Below, piece after piece: positions 1-10,200 of a DNA stretch of 64,000 bases. Each line of letters opens with the position of its first letter. Within the stretch, counting starts at the first letter, position 1. Below the pieces are notes generated by a model that was given only the letters and a program-made list of their open reading frames with translations, was not told where the DNA came from and ran no database searches. The stretch is from an archaeon (lineage in GTDB: Archaea > Iainarchaeota > Iainarchaeia > Iainarchaeales > JAAZKV01). The stretch lies in contig JBAYJX010000002.1 in the NCBI GenBank assembly GCA_041664905.1, positions 530-64,529 on the forward strand, read 5' to 3'. The translations under genes were made by a program, and so were the position numbers.

Positions 1-510
1 TAAATCTTGTACAACAAGTTCAAAGTCTTTTCCATTTAAAGAATTCATGTGTTCTCTAATTATTTCTCTAAGGCCAGTTTTTTGTGCATTTGTTGCTTTT
101 CTGTCAGTAACAACTATTACTGTTGTCATTGCTTCTCCGCCAACAACAGGAATTCTTGCTACAACTGCAACTTTTGAGTTTCTTCTTCTAATTGTTCTTC
201 CCAAAGTTCCTTTGTTTACAACAAATTCGCTTACAACTGTTGAAGCTGTTTGTCCTTGTATATCATTTATTTTAAAAGAAACCATATAATCTCTTTTTGC
301 TCTTTGCCCTGTGACAGTATCAAGAGTAACTTTGAATATTCTCCCCATTATGTTCTTTGGTTTTTCACCAGGAGTTTCACCAAGAGGTCTTTTATCAAAT
401 ATTTTTGATGACAAAACAGCAAACCATTTTTTCTTTTTCCATTTATCAACAGTTTTTCTTGCTGCACTAGCTTTTTGTGCTTTTGATTGTACTTGTTGTT
501 CTGCTGCCAT
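1..510 (-). CDS. rps3ae: 30S ribosomal protein S3Ae (eS1), partial; C-terminus runs off the window
   Basis: My own minus-strand translation from ATG at 510: MAAEQQVQSKAQKASAARKTVDKWKKKKWFAVLSSKIFDKRPLGETPGEKPKNIMGRIFKVTLD... The VDKWKKKKW/GR..EV signature is typical of archaeal S3Ae. It is open to the window edge, so it is absent from the ORF track. Confidence 0.8.
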   Translation of the reverse strand, partial: MAAEQQVQSKAQKASAARKTVDKWKKKKWFAVLSSKIFDKRPLGETPGEKPKNIMGRIFKVTLDTVTGQRAKRDYMVSFKINDIQGQTASTVVSEFVVNKGTLGRTIRRRNSKVAVVARIPVVGGEAMTTVIVVTDRKATNAQKTGLREIIREHMNSLNGKDFELVVQDL

Positions 511-512
511 AT

Positions 513-620
513 TCATTCACCGTTTTGTTTTAACATTTCATCAATTTTTTTTAAACATTCAATTCCTTCGCCCTCAAAAACAATTTTTTTGTTTTCTTCT
601 AGCTTTGCTTTGATCTTCAT
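513..620 (-). CDS. small hypothetical protein (35 aa) between S15 and S3Ae genes
   Basis: My own translation: MKIKAKLEENKKIVFEGEGIECLKKIDEMLKQNGE. GTGAGGA SD-like motif lies just upstream of the ATG at 620. The stop lies 2 nt from the S3Ae ATG. No family recognised. Confidence 0.3.
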   Translation of the reverse strand: MKIKAKLEENKKIVFEGEGIECLKKIDEMLKQNGE

Positions 621-630
621 AATCCTCACA

Positions 631-1047
631 TTATTTTACTAATAATGCTGCTTCTTCAGGAGTATAACGCCACCCAGCAGGTATTTTACTTTTCTTTGCG
701 TAATATTTAGTAAGTCTTCTTATCTTTGAAACTGTAAGCTCGTATCCTCTTTTAGCAGAGTAGTCTTTCTTGTTCTTATTCATGTGATTAAATAGAATTA
801 CACTTCTTCTAATTAGATTCAATAAATCTTCAGGCATTTCTCCCAATAGATTGTTTTCTCTTAACACTTGCTGAATTGATTTTCCTGTTTCCGTAGTAAA
901 ATCTTTTATTGAGTGTTCGTCTCTTAAAATTAAACCAATTTTGCTTGGACTGTGTCCTGCGTTAGTAAGTGAAACAACTTGTTCTTCTAATTCTTCTCGT
1001 GACATTGATGTACTTGTTGCTTTTTTATCAGTTTTTTTCTTAGCCAT
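631..1047 (-). CDS. rps15: 30S ribosomal protein S15 (uS15, archaeal S15P/S13e type)
   Basis: Typical S13e/S15P sequence: GHSPSKIGLILRDEHSI ... PEDLLNLIRRSV ... KDYSAKRGYELTVSKIRRLTKYY. The ATG at 1047 is preferred over the TTG at 1056 and has AGGTTGA upstream. Confidence 0.9.
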   Translation of the reverse strand: MAKKKTDKKATSTSMSREELEEQVVSLTNAGHSPSKIGLILRDEHSIKDFTTETGKSIQQVLRENNLLGEMPEDLLNLIRRSVILFNHMNKNKKDYSAKRGYELTVSKIRRLTKYYAKKSKIPAGWRYTPEEAALLVK

Positions 1048-1184
1048 AAAATTCAACCTTTATTCAATTTAACCTTTCAATCCATCAAACAATCCGGCAT
1101 TGAAAAGAACAATAAAATCAATCTTGTTAAATTATTTACAAAAAAGAATGTTTATAAAGGTTCCTTAAAACTCTAAAAATTAGA

Positions 1185-1823
1185 TTAGTGATACCTTGCC
1201 CGTTTCTCAATCGTTCTCATCCTTTCTATAAATGAACTATCTGGATTATACCCTTTCATCACCTTTTCCCATCCCCCGCTTAATCCCGAGTGTGTTGCAT
1301 TAAAGGTTTTCTTAAAAACAACTAAATCTGTTGCCTTATCTTCAATATTGTCTGAAAAGAATCCTAATCCAAAGTCAATGAAGAATAGCGGCCCTTTTTT
1401 TGTTATTCTTTCAAGCAAATCTTTGTTTTTAGTTTTTTCAACAAAAAGGATGTTTGAGGTGGTTAAATCTCCATGAATTATTCCCCGATCATGGATTTTT
1501 CTTATTTTTTCCCCTACTTCAATACAAAGTAGTGGATTTTTTTCCAAAACCTCTTTTAACTCTACCCCGGCAATGTATTCCATTACAATTTCTGTCAGGT
1601 TTTCATCAACCCTAATTATTTTTGGAACATTAACTACAACCGAAACTTCTCTTAGTAGTTTTGTTTCTCCGCGTGTTCTTTTCTTTCTTATTTGTGCATC
1701 TAGTGTTTTGTTACGATACCCTTTTGGAATTCTTTTTTTCAACAGAACTCTTTCACCATCTATTATTTGTACTGTAAGTTCTGCTTCTGCCCCTTTTTTA
1801 GTAAATTTAATTTGGTTAACCAT
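1185..1823 (-). CDS. bud32: Bud32-type KEOPS protein kinase (Kae1-associated)
   Basis: Small RIO/Bud32-like kinase of 212 aa. Motifs: GAEAEL, VMEYIAG, IIHGDLTTSNILF, FIDFGLG. Confidence 0.8.
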   Translation of the reverse strand: MVNQIKFTKKGAEAELTVQIIDGERVLLKKRIPKGYRNKTLDAQIRKKRTRGETKLLREVSVVVNVPKIIRVDENLTEIVMEYIAGVELKEVLEKNPLLCIEVGEKIRKIHDRGIIHGDLTTSNILFVEKTKNKDLLERITKKGPLFFIDFGLGFFSDNIEDKATDLVVFKKTFNATHSGLSGGWEKVMKGYNPDSSFIERMRTIEKRARYH

Positions 1824-1887
1824 AAGAATTAATTGAAAGCATTTGCTTTAATTTCTTTGTTAAAGATACAAAAAAGAAATTTGAGTT

Positions 1888-2403
1888 TTAAACTAATCCG
1901 CATTTGTCACTAAAGAAAGAATATATTTGGTTTATTTGTTCAGCATAATTTTTAACATCATCAAGTTGGTTTACTCGAAGATTTTTCTTTTCAGAATCAG
2001 ACAATCCGCCTAAAGCAGTAATTGCATTTTCTGCATTGTCCTTGGCAAGAGTTACTGAAGACAAAATGCTCATAACTTCTTTTGAAGAACATTTAATAGA
2101 AGTATAATTTATTTGACTTGATTCACTAAGCGTTTTATTCAAATAATAAAATGCTTGTGCTGAATATATTTCCGCAGTAATTGTCTTAGCTAAGCCAATA
2201 GAAGATTGTGTTTTAAGAGCCGAGAGTTCGCTTATGTAATCATTCATTGTGAATAAATTGCTAGAAAAAGCTTCTTTCACACCATACTTACTTTGAAGTT
2301 TTACAAAGCTCACTAAAGTTTGTGGATCACTTTGAATAGTGCACCCCAAAGTCATGAACAGAAATAAGAGTAATATTGAGATTAAAGCTATTTTTGCTTT
2401 CAT
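1888..2403 (-). CDS. secreted/lipoprotein-like hypothetical protein
   Basis: N-terminal signal MKAKIALISILLLFLFMTLGC with a lipobox-like LGC. No family recognised. Confidence 0.5.
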   Translation of the reverse strand: MKAKIALISILLLFLFMTLGCTIQSDPQTLVSFVKLQSKYGVKEAFSSNLFTMNDYISELSALKTQSSIGLAKTITAEIYSAQAFYYLNKTLSESSQINYTSIKCSSKEVMSILSSVTLAKDNAENAITALGGLSDSEKKNLRVNQLDDVKNYAEQINQIYSFFSDKCGLV

Positions 2404-2498
2404 GTTTATCGCAAGAATATTAGTGTTTTTGTATTATTAAATCCTTTTCTTTGGTGATTTGACTTTCAAAGTAGGAATAAAATTAGTTAAAAAAAGAT

Positions 2499-3623
2499 TC
2501 AAAATTTCCCCAGTATTTTCTCAAATATTCCTTTTCTTTTTTTTGCAGTTTGGGTTTCTTTTTCAAGTTCATCTAGTAGTTCTTTTTGTTTTTTTGACAG
2601 GCTTTTAGGAGTTTCAACTATTACTTTTACGTATTCGTCTCCGTGGCCTTCTTTATTCAGTCTTTGAATTCCTTTTCCTTTCATTTTGAATATTGTCCCT
2701 GTTTGTGTTCCGCTTGGAATCTTTAAATCTGCTTTGCCGTCAAGTGTTGGAACTTCTACAGTTGCACCCAGCGCAGCTTCAGTAAAAGATATTGGTATTT
2801 CTGCGTAAATATCATCGTCGTCACGTTTGAATATTTCGTGGGGCTCTACTAGAATTACTAAGAACAAATCTCCTGCTCCGTGTTTTCCTTCGTGTCCTTT
2901 TTCTTGTACACGTAAATGATTTCCAGTATTTATCCCTGCAGGTATTTTTACACTTAGTTTTGTTCTTTTTGTAATAAATCCTTTTCCATCACACTCGGTA
3001 CATTCTTTTTCAGCTATTTGTCCATGTCCCGCGCATGTGTGACACACCCCTTGGGATTGGAATACTCCAAAAGGAGTTCTTTGTTGTCTTACTTCGTATC
3101 CCTTCCCATGACACGTTGGGCAAGTCTTCATTTCGCCTTCTGCCCCACTGCCTTGGCACTTTGTGCATCTTTCTATTCGGTCATAATTAATTTCTTTTGT
3201 TTCACCAAATGCTGCTTCGTTAAATGAAAGAACTAATTCTATTTTTATGTTTGAACCTAAATCTTTTTTTTGCCCACGCCCTCGTCCTCCGCCAAACATA
3301 TCATTTAAGTCAGAGAATCCACTAAAACCGCTAAACCCAAACTGATTAAATAAATCTTCAAAATCAAAATCAGTTCCTTGTCCAAATCCTTGTTGCTTGT
3401 AACCCGAAAATCCTTTGTATGAGTCACCATAATTATCATAGTTTGTTTTCTTTTCAGGATCAGATAATATAGAATAAGCTTCGTTTATTTCTTTAAATTT
3501 TTTTTCCGCATCTGCTTCTTTTGATACGTCAGGATGAAACTTTTTTGCGAGTTCCTTGTATGCTTTTTTTATTTCTTCAGGAGTTGCTCCTTTTTTTACT
3601 CCAAGCACTCCGTAGTAGTCCAT
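2499..3623 (-). CDS. dnaJ: chaperone DnaJ (Hsp40)
   Basis: J domain (DYYGVLGV...HPD), G/F-rich linker, four CxxCxGxG zinc-finger repeats. ATG at 3623. Confidence 0.95.
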   Translation of the reverse strand: MDYYGVLGVKKGATPEEIKKAYKELAKKFHPDVSKEADAEKKFKEINEAYSILSDPEKKTNYDNYGDSYKGFSGYKQQGFGQGTDFDFEDLFNQFGFSGFSGFSDLNDMFGGGRGRGQKKDLGSNIKIELVLSFNEAAFGETKEINYDRIERCTKCQGSGAEGEMKTCPTCHGKGYEVRQQRTPFGVFQSQGVCHTCAGHGQIAEKECTECDGKGFITKRTKLSVKIPAGINTGNHLRVQEKGHEGKHGAGDLFLVILVEPHEIFKRDDDDIYAEIPISFTEAALGATVEVPTLDGKADLKIPSGTQTGTIFKMKGKGIQRLNKEGHGDEYVKVIVETPKSLSKKQKELLDELEKETQTAKKRKGIFEKILGKF

Positions 3624-3851
3624 GTAGAATCCCACTTATTTTTTGCTAAGCAAAATTTATTAGTTTCTTTTTATAATTCTAACTTGCAAACCAAACTTCG
3701 GTTTGTTTGGTCGGAAGTTTTTTTGTTTGCTTTGGTTTTAATGGAATTTTTTGGTGAGTGGATGGATTTTGTAACTTTTCCGAAATAGTTGTTTCTTCTG
3801 AAAAATTTTCTTCCACCGTTTTACTCACCAACCCATTTTTTACCAAAAATT

Positions 3852-5717
3852 TTATTTTTTCTTTCCTTTATCTTCAAATTCTGCATCAACTACTTTATCA
3901 TCTTTAGGTTCTTCCCCATTATTATTGTTTGCTTCTTGTGCAGAACCTTGTGCTTGATTCATTTTTCCATATACTTCTGAACCAATTGATTGTAGTTCTT
4001 TATTTAACTCTTCCATTTTTGAAGTAATTGCGCTTGAACTCTTATTGTCTTTTGCAAGTTCTTGCTTTAATTCCTCTAATGGAGTTGTTATTTTTTTCTT
4101 TTGATCTTCTGTGAGTTTGTCTTTTAATTCTACAAGCATTTTTTCTGTGCTGTATACAGTTGCATCTGCAGTGTTGAATATTTCTATTTCTTCTTTTACT
4201 TTTTTATCTTCATCTGCGTGGGCTTCTGCATCTTTTCTCATTTTTTCTATGTCAGCGTCACTTAGTTTTTGTGATGCAACAATTTTGATGCTTGTTTCTC
4301 TTCCTGTCCCATTATCTTTTGCTGATACGTGTACTATTCCATTTGCATCAATATCAAATGCTACTTCTATTTGAGGCATTCCTCTTGGTGCTGGCAATAT
4401 TCCAGTTAATTGGAATCTTCCCAAAGATTTATTGTCTTTTGCTAAAGGTCTTTCTCCTTGTAATACATGTATATCAACTGCTGTTTGATTATCAGAAGCG
4501 GTTGAGAACACTTGGGATTTCTTTGTTGGTATAGTAGTATTTCTTTCAATTAATTTAGTGAATACTCCCCCCAACGTTTCTATTCCTAAACTCAGTGGAG
4601 TTACATCTAAGAGTAGTACATCTTTTACTTCTCCTGCTAAAACTCCTCCTTGTACTGCTGCACCCATTGCAACACATTCCATTGGATCTATTCCTCTTTC
4701 AGGTTCTAGCCCAGTAACTTTTTTTACAAAGTCAAATATTACTGGCATTCTTGTTGGTCCACCAACTAATATTACTTTTTCAAGTTCTGCTGCAGTCATT
4801 TTTGCATCAGCCAAAGCTTGTGTTACTGGTTTTTCGCATCTTTTTACTAATGGAGCAATTAACTCTTCTAACTTTGCTCGGTTTAGTTTCATTACTAAGT
4901 GTTTTGGCCCTTCGGGTGTTGCTGTTAAGTATGGTAAATTAATATCTGTTTCAAGTACTGTTGATAATTCAATTTTTGCTTTTTCAGCAGCTTCTCTTAC
5001 TCTTTGTACTGCCATAGAGTCTTTCATTACGTCTACTCCTTGTTCTTTTTTGAATTCACCAACAATGTATTGGACAAGTGTTTCATCCATATCTGTTCCA
5101 CCAAGTTGTGTATCACCTGATGTGGATTTTACTTCAAACACTCCGCCTCCGAGTTCCATTATTGTTACATCTAGTGTTCCTCCACCTAAATCAAACACCA
5201 TTATTTTTGAGTCTTTTCCTTTTTTGTCTAAACCATATGCAAGTGAAGCTGCGGTTGGTTCGTTAATTATTCTTACTACTTCTAGTCCCGCAATTTGTCC
5301 TGCATCTTTTGTTGCTTGTCTTTGGTTATCATCAAAGTATGCTGGTACAGTGATTACTGCTTTTTCTACTTTTTCGCCTAAGAAGGCTTCTGCATCTCTT
5401 TTTATTTTTTGAAGTATGAATGCACTTATTTGTTGTGGAGTATATTCTTTATTATCAATTTTATATTTGTAATCTGTCCCCATTTTTCTTTTTGCTCTTG
5501 TAATTGTTCTATCTGGGTTTGTTACTGCTTGTCTTCTTGCAGGTTCTCCTACAAGTAGTTTTCCATCTTTTGAGAAAGCTACGTAACTTGGGAAAGCTTT
5601 TCCGTAAACTGTGTTTCCTTCTGCTGAAGGAATTATTTTTGGTTTTCCTCCTTCAAGTACTGATGCTGCACTATTACTTGTTCCTAAATCTATTCCAATT
5701 ATTTTACCCATATTCAT
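3852..5717 (-). CDS. dnaK: chaperone DnaK (Hsp70)
   Basis: [30 protein letters not shown] and other canonical Hsp70 motifs. 621 aa. Confidence 0.97.
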   Translation of the reverse strand: MNMGKIIGIDLGTSNSAASVLEGGKPKIIPSAEGNTVYGKAFPSYVAFSKDGKLLVGEPARRQAVTNPDRTITRAKRKMGTDYKYKIDNKEYTPQQISAFILQKIKRDAEAFLGEKVEKAVITVPAYFDDNQRQATKDAGQIAGLEVVRIINEPTAASLAYGLDKKGKDSKIMVFDLGGGTLDVTIMELGGGVFEVKSTSGDTQLGGTDMDETLVQYIVGEFKKEQGVDVMKDSMAVQRVREAAEKAKIELSTVLETDINLPYLTATPEGPKHLVMKLNRAKLEELIAPLVKRCEKPVTQALADAKMTAAELEKVILVGGPTRMPVIFDFVKKVTGLEPERGIDPMECVAMGAAVQGGVLAGEVKDVLLLDVTPLSLGIETLGGVFTKLIERNTTIPTKKSQVFSTASDNQTAVDIHVLQGERPLAKDNKSLGRFQLTGILPAPRGMPQIEVAFDIDANGIVHVSAKDNGTGRETSIKIVASQKLSDADIEKMRKDAEAHADEDKKVKEEIEIFNTADATVYSTEKMLVELKDKLTEDQKKKITTPLEELKQELAKDNKSSSAITSKMEELNKELQSIGSEVYGKMNQAQGSAQEANNNNGEEPKDDKVVDAEFEDKGKKK

Positions 5718-5788
5718 TCACGCTCCGTTTTTGCTTTACACTCCACATGTAAAAATAATTTCTGTAATTTAATTCTCAACTTTTATTT

Positions 5789-6448
5789 TTATTCTTCCAT
5801 TTTTTGTATTTCATAATCAACTTTTGTTACTTGTTCTTTATCCTCTTCTTTTGCTATTTCTTTTACTGGTTTTATCTCTAAATCATTTACACTTACTTTT
5901 GCCAATCTCAATATTTTTCCATTCAATAAATATCCAGTCATTATTACATTTGCAATTGCTCCATTGCAAAGAGTATGGTTTTTTTCTTGCATTAAACACT
6001 CCATATTTTCATGATCAAACATTTTTCCTTTTTCTGCAACTATTTTTGTCACACCATTCTTTTTCAAAATCCCAAATAACTGTTCGTAAATGTGAACTAA
6101 TTCTTTGTTGTGTTCCATTCCTACTTCAAGTGAATCAAGCACTGGCAAAATATTTTCAATTAATTTTGCATTTGCATATACTTTGAATTCATCATTTTGC
6201 TTATTGTTTCTTTTTTGAAAATTCTCAAATTCTGCTTGTAATCGTTGTAATGTTTCTGTTAGTTCTTTTACTTTTACTTCAGGACTAACTGTTTTTGGAA
6301 CTACATTTTCTTGCTCTACATTTGTTTCTTTTTGACTAGTGTTTTCTTTTTGGTTTGGTGATAATTTGTCCGAAATTTTCTTAAAAATTCCCTCTTTTTG
6401 ATTTGTATTGTTTTCACTATCTTTGTGCAAAGTTTCATTTTCAGGCAT
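5789..6448 (-). CDS. grpE: nucleotide exchange factor GrpE
   Basis: RLQAEFENFQKR coiled-coil plus a C-terminal beta domain. Sits upstream of dnaK-dnaJ. The ATG at 6448 is preceded by GGTGGT. Confidence 0.9.
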   Translation of the reverse strand: MPENETLHKDSENNTNQKEGIFKKISDKLSPNQKENTSQKETNVEQENVVPKTVSPEVKVKELTETLQRLQAEFENFQKRNNKQNDEFKVYANAKLIENILPVLDSLEVGMEHNKELVHIYEQLFGILKKNGVTKIVAEKGKMFDHENMECLMQEKNHTLCNGAIANVIMTGYLLNGKILRLAKVSVNDLEIKPVKEIAKEEDKEQVTKVDYEIQKMEE

Positions 6449-6566
6449 TAAACCACCAAATCGTCTAAACTGTCTAGACAATAACATAAGTTTTTAATCA
6501 AATGGTTTATAAACCCTTCCGTAGATTAAGTAAAGTAGTCAAAATAGAAGGTTTTGGTTGAATTTT

Positions 6567-7193
6567 ATGGCAAAAAACAAGCTAGTTAAGTCCAATTACC
6601 CCGATATTTATAGGCCAGAAGTAAGTTCTAACCTCTATGAACGATTTGGTCCTAAAAAAATTAAGCTAAAATCATCAAAAAAACCATTCTCTTCTAAGCT
6701 TAAAAGAATCCCCCTTCCCCCCGAATACGCTCTCCCAATAATGAAGGGCTCAGTTAAGCATGTTCCAACTAAACGCTCAAGGTTTAAGGTTGTAGTTAGA
6801 AGAGTTGAGCGTCCATTTAATGAGGATTTTGAGCACCAATTAGCTTGGATTTGTTCTTCACTTGGTTTTTTTGAGCCAATTGACAAAGACAAAAATGCCG
6901 CAGCAGTGTTTAAGGAAGTTGTTCTTGCAACTGAAAACGGAGAAGCCCTAACAAGCACTGCAATTGCTGAAAGAATTGGGATGAGTAGAGGCGCTGTGAT
7001 TAACCACTTAAATAATTTACTTCGTTCGGGTTTACTTGAAAAAAATGGCAGATTTTATTCTTCAAGAAGTAAGAGCATGAAGAGAACTATTGAAGAAATA
7101 GAAGAAGACGTTGAAAGAGTTTTTGCTCAATTAAAGAAAACTGCTGAAGATGTCGATAGACAAATTGGTTTTAATGAAAGTGAACAAGATTAA
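6567..7193 (+). CDS. winged-helix DNA-binding protein, candidate regulator divergent from grpE-dnaK-dnaJ
   Basis: HTH-like segment LTSTAIAERIGMSRGAVINHLNNLLRSGLLEK, with a basic N-terminal half. Function is inferred from position only. Confidence 0.55.
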   Translation: MAKNKLVKSNYPDIYRPEVSSNLYERFGPKKIKLKSSKKPFSSKLKRIPLPPEYALPIMKGSVKHVPTKRSRFKVVVRRVERPFNEDFEHQLAWICSSLGFFEPIDKDKNAAAVFKEVVLATENGEALTSTAIAERIGMSRGAVINHLNNLLRSGLLEKNGRFYSSRSKSMKRTIEEIEEDVERVFAQLKKTAEDVDRQIGFNESEQD

Positions 7194-7234
7194 ATAAGAA
7201 AAATAATTAATCTCTAAATTAATTAATTCCTAAT

Positions 7235-10200
7235 TTATTTCTCAGCACAGCGTCCAAATGAACCATCATTTATTTTTTCAACTAAACTATTAAGGTACTC
7301 TTTGTTCCACCATATTTTTAATTCATCAACAGAATTTTGTGAAATACACATTTGTTCATTAGCAATTGAATTAAATACTTCTAAAATAGTTGATGGAGCA
7401 TAACCAGCAAGGTTATTTGTCAACTGTATTCCGCCAGCAGAAGTAATTTCAGGATATGTTTTAAATGAACTTTCAAGTATGTCCCCCTTATTGAAAAAGT
7501 TCAAGCTTGGAGAATAATTTAGCGGCATAAAGAATACTGTTGAAAGTTTCATTGCGCCAGATTTTGTTCCAGTCCAATTAATTTCTCTTATTGATCCGCC
7601 TAAATTAATATCGGAGTAAACATACAATACTTTGTTATCAAAGTCTGTACAACCATCTGCCCCTATAGTTGAATCATTTAGCATCCATTCTTTTGGAACA
7701 GTAGTTCCGATTGGTAGTCCTTCAATCATGTAGGCTAACTTTGTTCTCCCACCTTGCGTGTTTTGTATTGTTGCAAGAACTGGAATTGGTTTTGATGGAT
7801 AAAATCTTAGCGTATTATCTGCTTTTGAATAATTAATTACAAACCCATTATTTAATTCTAAAGGATTTTCAATTAAATTATACCAAATTGTTTTGAATGC
7901 ATTAGTATAAGTCTCGGTTAGTTTTATTGTTGAAGTAAGTGGCACATATTGTCTTTCTGGCACAATAAGACTCACACCATAATTAGCTCTTGCAAAAGTA
8001 CTTCCTTTCTTTCCAACCATTCCATCAAATGGGGTTTCATAAAACGGATTATTGTTTTTAGGTGCTTGCTCAAATTTGAATGTAACACTAATTACTGCAT
8101 TTGGTCCTTCAGGAGTTAGAAGCGCTTGTGCATTTTCATTGTCAAGTGCAAATCCTAATTCAACTCTATATATTCCTGGTTTTGGAAGTTGTCCTGTACT
8201 TTGTGTATTTCCGTTTTCATCTCTGAAAAAGAATTGTATTCTATTATTCCCTGCAAGAGTCTTGTTTTCAATAAATTTGTCAAATCTCATTGAAGTTCCT
8301 GTTGAATTGAAAAATGATGCACCAGTAAATGGAACTGATGAGTAGTATTCATCAAAGTCATCAAGGAATGCTTGTGAATAATTATCTTTCACCATATATG
8401 CATAGAAGCTTGCATATTTTGGAACTTCTTGTCTTTTGTTAGCCAAGAACAAATCATTTATTTTGTTTATTCTCTGGAACAAACTTATCGTAAACTGAGT
8501 TCCGTCACAATACGTTGAAGCATCATTAGTTGTGTCACACTGGTTATATCCTATTCCATTCCAATCCCAATTAAAGAATAGTTTTGGAGCAAACTCTTTT
8601 CCAGTTGTTCCTGGGGTTCCGTCAGTTGCAAAGCAATTTGTTGAGTTTCCATTTAATTTTATTTGGAATGCTTTTGCTTGTTTAATTAAATTTCCGCTAG
8701 CATCTTTTACCCAGTCTTGAACAGTAATTACTGCATACTCTTGTCCAAGCAAATTAATTTTCTTAATATTAAAATCAATATTGCTCCCAGCTATTTCTGG
8801 CAATCCAATATATTCTGCGTACATGTGTTGATTCTTCAAAAATGTTCTTACATATGGAGTTCCTTCAGCGTATCCAGGAATTGTATTTTGTGGAACATAA
8901 TACATTACTCTTCCAGTACTATCATATTCAACTAAAGGATCTTCTGCTGGGCGAATTATCCAATTAATATTTCCATCTTGTGCTGCAGCTAAATTTGCTT
9001 CACAAACTGTATCTCCCAGAACACACCCTCTTATTGCACCAGGAATTGTTTCAGGAGCAACGAGTCCGTTATTATGTAATCCAATTACTTGGAATGCACT
9101 ATTTGCGCCAACACTCGTGTCACCAACTTTTAGCCCTTTACTCTTATTATCCCAAGTGGTAATGTTTGTCCATGCAGGAGTTACTGTTGTAGAGTATCTT
9201 CCAAGATCTTGCACAACCCCTTCAGTTGTTTTCAAATGAACTTCTTTTGTCCAAACAATTCTTCTCTCTGTAAAAGGAACATATCGGTCAAGTGTTTCAA
9301 ATTGAGTTTCAAGTTGGGACGTTTGGTCATCGTAACTTGCACTAAAATCCCACATCCACACAGGTTTGATGATAATTTTAACCAGACACCAAAATTTTCC
9401 ACATTTTTGTTTTTTCTGGTACCCTTGAACATATTGTTGTATGAAATTCTTTGCTTCACTAATTGATGCCCCCCTAGTGTTTTGAGGATTGTGTGGCCCG
9501 CCACTTGCAAGAACCACATACTTTGTTTGTATTGATTCATCTTTTCCATTCCAAAAAGGAGCACCAGCATACCATCTTTGAGGAGTAGTTAAATCAAATC
9601 CATTGTAAACAGTATTATTAGTTGGAACATATTTTTTCATTGAATTTTCTGGATAAGCAGGATCGAATTTTAAACTCTGTGCACTTGCAGCATCCCAATA
9701 ATAATTAATTAAATATCCTCCTGCGGGATAAGGTGCACCTAACGAAGTAATTGGACCATAAACATCAATCAACCCAGGGTTCATTGTTCCATTTAATCCA
9801 GCATATGTTCCAACAGGAAACAAGTTTGAATCAACTTGACTTCCAAGTGAAACAGTTGCAAAATCAATTCTTTTTTGTTTTTTATTAGCTTGTGTTGATA
9901 CTCTTGAAGCAGTATAATCTGAAACAACTGGCATTCTGTACATTGGAATAGTTGGGTTAGTTATGTTCAAATCAGGTTCTGGTTTTTCGATATAATTCCC
10001 ATCATAATATGCTTGTTCACAATAGCTTGTAAACTCGTCTCCAAAATTAAGTTCTTTTGCAACTGATCCGGGAAGTACTGCCCCGCGTGGCCCAGCATTC
10101 CCACTAGCTAAAACATTTAATACATTTGAACTTGCCCCACATTGGACTTGTGATTCTATTGCCGAACCAATTACAGTTGCATTAAAATCAATATTTTCTA

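Noticed and set aside
47-613. Plus-strand track ORFs 47-289 and 311-613
   Set aside because: They are antisense to a convincing S3Ae coding frame (1-510, minus) and to a small minus-strand ORF. The translations are low-complexity, Phe/Leu-rich, and have no motifs.
4558-5412. 284-aa plus-strand ORF, and other long antisense ORFs inside dnaK, acd, mvk, thiolase and the giant gene
   Set aside because: All lie fully within strongly supported minus-strand genes. The Ser/Thr/Pro/Phe-rich translations are typical of the antisense frame of AT-rich coding DNA.
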